Shown piece after piece: positions 39,158-47,021 of a stretch of DNA of 47,021 nucleotides. Under the pieces are notes generated by a model. That model saw only the letters and a list, made by a program, of their open reading frames with translations. It was not told the DNA's origin and made no database searches. The translations under genes were made by a program, and so were the position numbers. This stretch comes from Octopus sinensis (Eukaryota). Each line of letters opens with the position of its first letter. Within the stretch, counting starts at the first letter, position 1. The stretch is taken from NCBI RefSeq assembly GCF_006345805.1, contig NW_021834875.1, positions 1-47,021 on the forward strand. The letters are read 5' to 3'.

Positions 39158-39994
39158 CTAGCAGCATAGCCCGGCGTTGCCCGGGTATGTAAGAGACCCT
39201 AGTAGGCAACGACTAATCCCAATCTAGTCCTTTCCCTCTAGGGAACGAAGGCGCATGTGTAGGTTGCAATGTCTTCTCTTCACTCGAATACTTCTGTGTA
39301 TACGATATTCCAAGCTGTTCCTTTGGGTGAAAACATGAAAACATCATTGCGCCTCCCAAGAGAGTTAAAAAGGTCGAGATGCGTCCCCTAGACAGTCTGT
39401 GGTTTGTGTTTAATACAAAATCGGTTGCTATGTGTGCACATATGATTTAATTAACCGATTTTTTCCAGTAATAAAGTATCCTATTGGAATAAAAAGGGCC
39501 ATATAGCTCCTTGGAGCAGACATGATGCTCGCTGTGAATTTAAAAACAAATTCCTGCCAATTTGTGAAAGATATTGTCGAAAATATGTCATCTTGAATTT
39601 GAACGCGATTTCCCAAAATGGCATGATTTTATATCGATTTTTCTGATATTAAGGTATTGCATGGAAAACTAACGTCAGAATTAAGTTTCTTAGGGTAACA
39701 TTAAGCTTCCCCATGAGTTTGGTGAAAATCGATTGCAAGATGCGAAAACTACAACAGAAAATGTGTTGCATATAAAAAGCTTAGATTCTCGACCCCATGT
39801 CGAATTTATCGATTTTTTTCTGAACTGGGGGAACTTTTCAAAATTTTCGCTGCGTTAGTTTTGAATTATGACATTGGGCTATGTGTGTGTCAAGTTTCAT
39901 CAGAATCGGTTGAAAGCCGTGGTCAGGATGAGGGTACAACTTGACAGATACACAGACACACAGACAGACAAACTGCCGTTTATATAGAGAGAGA
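39158..39994 (-). mobile_element. Non-autonomous Helitron (837 bp) retaining the RepHel C-terminus
   Basis: A|TC 5' end at 39994, 3' hairpin CCCGGGCAACGCCGGG, then CTAG|T. The minus frame 39361-39280 reads LGRRNDVFMFSPKGTAWNIVYTEVFE*. Confidence 0.88.
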
Positions 39995-40384
39995 TATGGA
40001 AATTATGTATATGTGAATGTGTGTGTGAATGTATTACGACAGATAGTATCCATGATGTCGATAGGGTCGGGGAAAACGTAAAGGCGGAAGGAAGTGTAGG
40101 AGGCGATTGAGAAAAAGAAAAGGGAAGAGGTGAGCAGAAGAGGGGAGGAGGGGACGAGGAAGAGGAAGAGGAGTTGTGCAAAGGATGAATAGGAGGAGAA
40201 CGTGTTGATTATTCCGGAATGCGTAGATTAGTACGGAAGAGAAGTGACATAGGAGTAAGAAATAGCGAGATAACTACAATGATTTCGTATCAATGACGGC
40301 GGGTGGTTTAGTCGGGTATTGTAAGACAGAAAGGACGACTTTTTGACATGCCAAATGCTGTTTGTTTTGGGGGGGAGATGATGA

Positions 40385-40930
40385 GGTGTTGGTGGAGCTG
40401 GTGGTGGTGGCGGTGGCGGCGGTGGTGGCGGTGGTGGTGGTAGTGGTGGCGGTGGTGGGGCAGAGGGAAGGCGGTGGAGTTAAGTAAGGGTGGGGGTGTA
40501 GTGTTTAAAAAAGATAAATTACGTGACAACATCATTATTGGTGGAGGTGGTGGTGGTGGTGGTGGTGTAGTGGTGGTGGTCGTGGTGGTGGTCGTGATGG
40601 TGGTCGTGGTCGTCGTGGTCGTCGTGGTCGTGGTGGTGGTGGTCGTGGTGGTGGTGGTAACGGTGGTGGTGGTCGTCGTGATGGTGGTGGTCGTGGTGAC
40701 GGTGGTGGTGGTCGTGGTGACGGTGGTGGTGGTCGTGGTCGTGGTGGTGGTGGTATGGTGGTCGTGGTGACGGTGGTGGTGGTCGTGGTCGTGGTCGTCG
40801 TGTGGTCGTCGTGGTCGTCGTGGTGGTAGTAGTGGTCGTGGTCGTGGTGATGGTGGTCGTGGTGGTCGTGGTGGTGGTAGTAGTGGTGGTGGTAGTGGTG
40901 GTGGTTGTGGTGGTGTGGTGGTGTGGTGGC
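40385..40930. repeat. (GGT/CGT)n low-complexity tract
   Basis: Direct inspection. Confidence 0.9.
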
Positions 40931-40986
40931 GCGCCTTTGTGCTGTTGTTGCTCTTTTATACTTATTGTTGTTGAAGATGATGATCT

Positions 40987-41035
<49 letters not shown>

Positions 41036-41097
41036 TGAGAGAGAGAGAGAATGAGAGAGAGAGAGAATGAGAGAGAAAGAGAATGAGAGAGAGAGAC

Positions 41098-41452
41098 AGC
41101 TTCCCAACCACATGGTTCCGGGTTCAGTCCCACTACGTGACGCCTTGGCCAAGTGTCTTCTTCTATAGCCTCGGCCAGGCCAAAGCCTTGTGAGAGGATT
41201 TGGTAGACGGAAACTGAAAGAAGCCTGTCGTATATATATGTGTGTGTATTTGTGTGTTTGTGTTTCTTCCCCACCACCATCGCATGACAACCGATGCTGG
41301 TGTGTTTATGTCTCCGTAGTATAGCGGTTCGGCAAAAGAGAGCGATAGAATAAATACTAGGCCTACAGAGAATAAGTCCTGGGGTCGATTTGTTTGACTA
41401 AAGGCGGTGCTCCAGCGTGGCCGCAGTGAAAATGACTGAAGCAAGTAAAAGA
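41098..41452 (+). mobile_element. Family B SINE, 5'-truncated
   Basis: gcttcccaaccacatggttccgggttcagtccc through atgactgaagcaagtaaaaga. Confidence 0.85.
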
Positions 41453-41966
41453 AACAAAGGTGATTGTAAAATAGGTCATTAGTAAATAACATTCTTTAAT
41501 CGTAGCACACACACATACATACATGTACATATACACATACATGCATACAAGCATATACATACATACAAGCATACATACATACACACGCACACATACATAC
41601 ATACATACATACATACATACATACATACATCTACCTACATGCATACATACATACATACACATACATACATACATACATACTATACATCATACATGCATAC
41701 ATACACACGTATATACATACATCACACATATATACGCACACAATACATACATCCATACATACATACTACATACATACATACATACATCCATGCATACATA
41801 ACATACACACGTTATACTACATACACACATATTACATACACACACATACATAACATACTACATACATACATACATACATACATACATACATACATGCTCC
41901 ACATATAAAATGCATACATACTTATATACGTACATACATACATACACATGTACGCAAACACACATA

Positions 41967-42075
41967 TCTTAATATATAAAATCCGTTCTGTCTGTTGTCT
42001 GTCTGTTTGTGCGCTTATAACTCGAGTATTGTTCATCCGATCGCGCTGAAATTTTAAACATGGATACATGATAAA
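41967..42075 (+). mobile_element. Helitron-like 5' terminus fragment
   Basis: A|TCTTAATATATAAAAT followed by (CTGT)n and ccgatcgcgctgaaatttt, typical of non-autonomous Helitron starts. Confidence 0.5.
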
Positions 42076-42326
42076 TATGTGTCTGTGTGGTAGGAAACTT
42101 GCTTCCTGACTGCATGGTTCCGGGTTCAGTCCCACTGGGTGGTGTGCCTTGGGCAGGCGTCTTCTTCTAAAGCCTCGGACAGACTAAAAGCCCCATGAGT
42201 GGATTTGGCAGACGGAAATTGAAAGAAGCTCAATCTAGAAATAAATTTCAAAATAGTTAGTTCCAAGGTGAGAATATATACATACGCATGTGTGTGTGTG
42301 TAAGTAAATATGTGTGTGTGGTATAT

Positions 42327-42387
<61 letters not shown>

Positions 42388-42562
42388 ATATGTATGTAAA
42401 ATAATAGTTATCGCCATACTAATATGGCATTCTTATAAAAATAAGAAAAAAGCTGTCCGCTTATTAGCTCCATGAGGCCATCGCCTTAAGTTAGCTATTT
42501 GATACACAAACTGTATCCATATAACCTTCGAACAAGGGAGGTCAGTCGCTCCACACTACTTG

Positions 42563-42624
42563 ACCGGCAGCTACAGACGCGTTTCGGGGTATTGCCCCTT
42601 TTCAATGCAGCGTAGCCAGCCAGT
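42563..42624 (-). ncRNA. Type I hammerhead ribozyme, U3-A8 variant (unit 1)
   Basis: Reverse complement of the motif at 43201-43262. Predicted cleavage is 3' of the C at 42576. Confidence 0.85.
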
Positions 42625-42920
42625 AGGTGTCGCTTCCGACAATCTCTGTTCTATGTTTTATTTACCTAGTTTCGGTGGAATACATCCACTTGTTTTCAAT
42701 AATAGAAATATTAAAATACTAAGTCTCTCTAAAAGAGAACAGCGGCAGCGTTCCCGGAAAATAATAGTTATCGCCATACTAATATGGCATTCTTATAAAA
42801 ATAAGAAAAAGCTGTCCGCTTATTAGCTCCATGAGGCCATCGCCTTAAGTTAGCTATTTGATACACAAACTGTATCCATATAACCTTCGAACAAGGAGGT
42901 CAGTCGCTCCACACTACTTG

Positions 42921-42982
42921 ACCGGCAGCTACAGACGCGTTTCGGGGTATTGCCCCTTTTCAATGCAGCGTAGCCAGCCAGT
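42921..42982 (-). ncRNA. Type I hammerhead ribozyme, U3-A8 variant (unit 2)
   Basis: Identical motif. Predicted cleavage is 3' of the C at 42934. Confidence 0.85.
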
Positions 42983-43200
42983 AGGTGTCGCTTCCGACAA
43001 TCTCTGTTCGATGGTTTTATTTACCTAGTTTCGGTGGAATACATCCACTTGTTTTCAATAATAGAAATATTAAAATAACTAAGTCTCTCTAAAAGAGAAC
43101 AGCGGCAGCGTTCCCGGAAAATAATAGTTATCGCCATACTAATAATATCGCCGAAACTAGGTAAATAAAACCATCGAACAGATTGTCGGAAGCGACACCT

Positions 43201-43262
43201 ACTGGCTGGCTACGCTGCATTGAAAAGGGGCAATACCCCGAAACGCGTCTGTAGCTGCCGGT
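43201..43262 (+). ncRNA. Type I hammerhead ribozyme, U3-A8 variant (inverted copy)
   Basis: ACUGGC uggcuac GCUGCA-UUGAAAA-GGGG caaua CCCC-GAAA-CGCG-U-C^-UGUAGC u GCCGGU, with the GUC site at 43247-43249. Confidence 0.85.
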
Positions 43263-43536
43263 CAAGTAGTGTGGAGCGACTGACCTCCCTTGTTCGAAGG
43301 TTATATGGATACAGTTTGTGTATCAAATAGCTAACTTAAGGCGATGGCCTCATGGAGCTAATAAGCGGACAGCTTTTTTCTTATTTTTATAAGAATGCCA
43401 TATTAGTATGGCGATAACTATTATTTTCCGGGAACGCTGCCGCTGTTCTCTTTTAGAGAGACTTAGTTATTTTAATATTTCTATTATGTATGTATGTATA
43501 TATGCAGGTATATCTATATAATATATATATATATAT

Positions 43537-43575
<39 letters not shown>

Positions 43576-44472
43576 TTATATATATATACACGTATATCTA
43601 TCTGTATGTATGTATGTGTGGGAAATATTACGTAATGGTGTAGAATAGAAGTAAGAGAGAGAGTCTGAAAGTTTATTTTGTTCATTTTCTTCGATGTAGG
43701 TGGGCAATGATGGCATCTCCGGCTCTGGATAAATATACAAGGCTGGCTTTATCTGGTACATTTTTTTTGACAAGGATTTTGTTTATGCAAAGTTAATTTG
43801 GCAACCCAGCAACGGACTCCTCTCTAATCTCAGAGTTAAAATTGAATTTTTGACGAAAGGAACTACCTTGGCTTGAACATTACTGGTAACAATATAAATA
43901 CATTTACTGTATGTCAGTTAAATCGTTTTCTAATTATCATGTGAGTGAATTCTGGTAGTTGAAAACCGTGTGAAAGCCCGTCGTATGTCTTGCCGTAAGG
44001 CCCTACTCATTCATTTATTCATTTCAGTTTGTTGCATGTTCACATTTTGTCTTTTTTGTTTCCGTCTTTATCCCTCGTCCATCCACTAATGCTCTCGTCT
44101 TGAATCACATTTATTTCACATCTGTATGTTCAATTTCTGTATTGCATATCTGTGTATTTATTGTTTGTTTGTTCATTTTCTGTTATGTTCGGACCCCTTG
44201 TTCGTTCGCTCGCTATTTCCCGGCGGCTTCTTTTTGTCGATACCACCAGATGGGATTAATATTATCGTTGAAACACGAAATTGCGTTTGACCCCACTGGC
44301 CGATGGCTGACGAGGATTTTGCGACCTTCTGTATTCGTTTTCTATTTGTTTGTGCATTTATTATACGTTTTTAACTTTTGTGTGTCTGTGTATGTGTGTG
44401 TGAGCTTGCGTGTTTCTGTGTGTGTATGTGCGTGTGTCTGTGTGTGTCTGTGTGTGTGTGTGTTTGTGAGCT

Positions 44473-44879
44473 AGTTTCATGGCAAAGAATTCATCAAGGT
44501 ATCTTTTTACGTCATCCAAGGAATTGAAATTTTTACTATTAAGACTATTCTGCAAAGACCTGAATAAGTGGAAATCCGAAGGAGCAATATCTGGTGAATA
44601 TGGAGGGTTGGGTAACATATCCCAGCCGAGCTGCAGTAATATTTGTCTGGTTCCCAAAGCATCAAGTGCCGAAAATGAACTTTCTTATCTTCCATTTTAA
44701 AAGGTTACAGAATTAACACAGGTTATAGGAACATAAACCTTCTTCCACGAAAAGATAGCTTAAACTGTGCTCTAAATGGAGGTGTAGTCAAATCCTATAT
44801 TATGGACTCAACCATGTTCTAAAATAAGTCGAAAGGTAAGCTGCTATAAATCGGCACGAACTTTCCGAACAACCCAATA
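44473..44879 (-). mobile_element. Second copy of the internally deleted mariner, truncated at (TG)n
   Basis: Homologous to ~5680-6088 with the same deletion junction. TIR aaatcggcacgaactttccgaacaacccaata. Confidence 0.9.
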
Positions 44880-45195
44880 CAACATATTTGTATGAATCGA
44901 GGTTTTCAACTATAATGAATTCATAAAGCTAAGCTAAGAAGCTGATTGCTGTTGGTATATGATTGAAAACGCGGCATTGAAGATGAAGCTGGTTGGTTGG
45001 ACTTCCTAAATCTGTGCCCAAAGTCGAAGTTATTAAATTGAATAAATATCTATATAGGTGGAGGTGAGGCTGAGTGATTAAGAAGCAGATTTCCAGCCAC
45101 GTTTTTTCGAGTTCAGTTCCACAGTGCAACTTCTTTGGCAATCGACTTCTACTATGGCTCCGCACCGCCCAATGCTTACTCTAGTGCATCCATCC

Positions 45196-45261
<66 letters not shown>

Positions 45262-46730
45262 TTTTCTTTCTTTCTTTCTTTCAAATTTTGTGTAAATTTT
45301 GACCCATCATCTACGAGGTAGCAAGGTTGTCATGGGAAGCGTCTTGCTTTGTTCATCCTTTAAATCTTAAGAAGGCCTGGCAGATATTTATTGTCCCTGA
45401 TATCGAGATCATCGCTTTGTATGCATGTATGCATGCATGTATGTATGTATGTATGTATGTATGTATGTATATATGTATGTATGCATACATGCATGCATGT
45501 GTGTATGCATATATGTACGTATGTATGTACGTATGTATGTACTTATGTATGTATGTATGCATGTATGTATGTATGTATGTATGTAGGTAGGTAGGTAGGT
45601 AGGTAGGTAGGTAGGTAGGTAGGTAGTAGGTAGGTATGGGTGGATGCATGTGTGCATGAGTTCATGCATGTATGTATATATGCCTGTGCGCGCATGTGTG
45701 TGTGTATTTGTCCTCCCTTCCTACTTGACAACCGATGTTGGTTTGTTTATGCCCCAGTAACTTAGCAGTTCTGCAAAAGTAACCGATAAAATAAGTACCG
45801 ATTTATTATTTTTTTTTAAAAAAGCGCAAGTACTTGATCGATTTCTTCTACAAAACCTTTCAAGGTAGGTGATGGCCAGGCTTGGCTGCAATCCAGTGAG
45901 TGAAACAAGGAACACATGAGAAGATAGCTTCCCGTAAGGTAAGTGGAGAGTTTCTGGAAAGTAGCCGAAAACGGAAAGAAAGTCGGACGTGTACTAACAA
46001 CAATGCCAACCCCACGTCGCCACCATCAGAGAGAAACCACATTTCTACCATCGTCAACAAACACATCTCCATTATCGCCTCTAATACTTTCAGCAATTGC
46101 CAACGCCACCATGCCACAACACTAGAAGAATCAGCCATTAAACAATCGTACCGCCATCGCTACAACCACACATCGTCTTCTGTTTCTTTCTTTCTTTCTC
46201 TCTCAGTCTCTCTCGCTCTCTCTCTCACTCTCTCTCTCTCTTTCTTTCTTTTTGTATGAATCAGCCACCATTACTAACCGCCACACTACTACCACTAATC
46301 ACCCAGTCAGAGATGCCATTACCTGCCACGGAGTGTCTGCAACAAAGTACGTCAAACATGAGGAATAACTTATAGAGCCAGCTGTTAGCCAAGTGGCAGA
46401 CGACACGTTTGACGGGCGCGGGAAAAAAAGAAATACAATAAAACAAATGAACGCGTTGTGTATATGTATGCTTTGAGACATAGGCGTAAGTGTGTGTATG
46501 TTTATGTGTGTGTGTATATTCTTGCGTGTATGTGTTCTTGCGTGTGTATACGTGTGTGTGAGTGTGTGCGTGCGTGTCCATATGTGGGTATTTGTTTTGG
46601 TATGCGGTATGTGTACGTGTACATCTGTACTTAGGTGTATTTATATGAGTGTATAGGTGTGTCCATTTATATTTATGTATGCTAGGGTGTGAGTATGTGT
46701 GCGTGCGCTTGTACATGTGTGTGTGTGAGT

Positions 46731-46766
<36 letters not shown>

Positions 46767-46898
46767 TTATGTGTGTACTTGTCCGTATGTGGTTATTTGT
46801 GTTGATATGTGTTGAAGTACTGTAAGTACGTGTACATCTGTATTAGGTGTGTTTATGTGAATGTGTTTGTGTGTGTCTATCTGTAGCTATGTGTATTG

Positions 46899-46931
<33 letters not shown>

Positions 46932-47021
46932 CGCACGCGGTGCGTATTTGTGTAATTAAAAACGAAAGTCGTTAATTATATTTGTGTTAGTGTTTGTATA
47001 TATGTGTATATGTGCGTCTTA

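Larger units (their letters stand above)
42398..43487. mobile_element. Retrozyme/Penelope-pLTR-like insertion: two tandem 360-bp units plus a stub, followed by an inverted ~337-bp copy
   Basis: Unit starts at 42398, 42758 and 43118; inverted copy at 43151-43487. Copies differ essentially by small indels. tatgtatgta occurs on both flanks within (TA)n. Confidence 0.9.

Noticed and set aside
43576-43773. ORF MYQIKPALYIYPEPEMPSLPTYIEENE...
   Set aside because: Protein-like but short, runs into microsatellite, and has no recognisable homology or splice sites.

Overview
This is repeat-dominated, AT-rich animal genomic DNA. The tRNA-derived SINE families and the extreme (TA)n/(CATA)n/(GATA)n/(CA)n microsatellite load point to a cephalopod such as Octopus; this is recognised from memory, not from a search. 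Almost all ORFs in the track are microsatellite artefacts, and no host protein-coding gene can be called with confidence (there is one candidate first exon near 34.4 kb on the minus strand). Supportable features are an intact tRNA-Gly(CCC), several SINE families (nested and tandem), mariner/DD41D/MULE/hAT remnants, non-autonomous Helitrons, and RTE-like and R4/Dong-like LINE 3' ends. The main result is three unrelated small non-coding elements that each carry a type I hammerhead ribozyme (HHR) of the retrozyme/Penelope-pLTR kind, each with a different base pair at core positions 3-8: C3-G8 (~205-bp element, two copies), U3-A8 (360-bp unit, tandem plus inverted, 42.4-43.5 kb) and G3-C8 (~190-bp circularly permuted unit forming a hairpin, 10.8-11.1 kb). 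All structure calls were made by eye.
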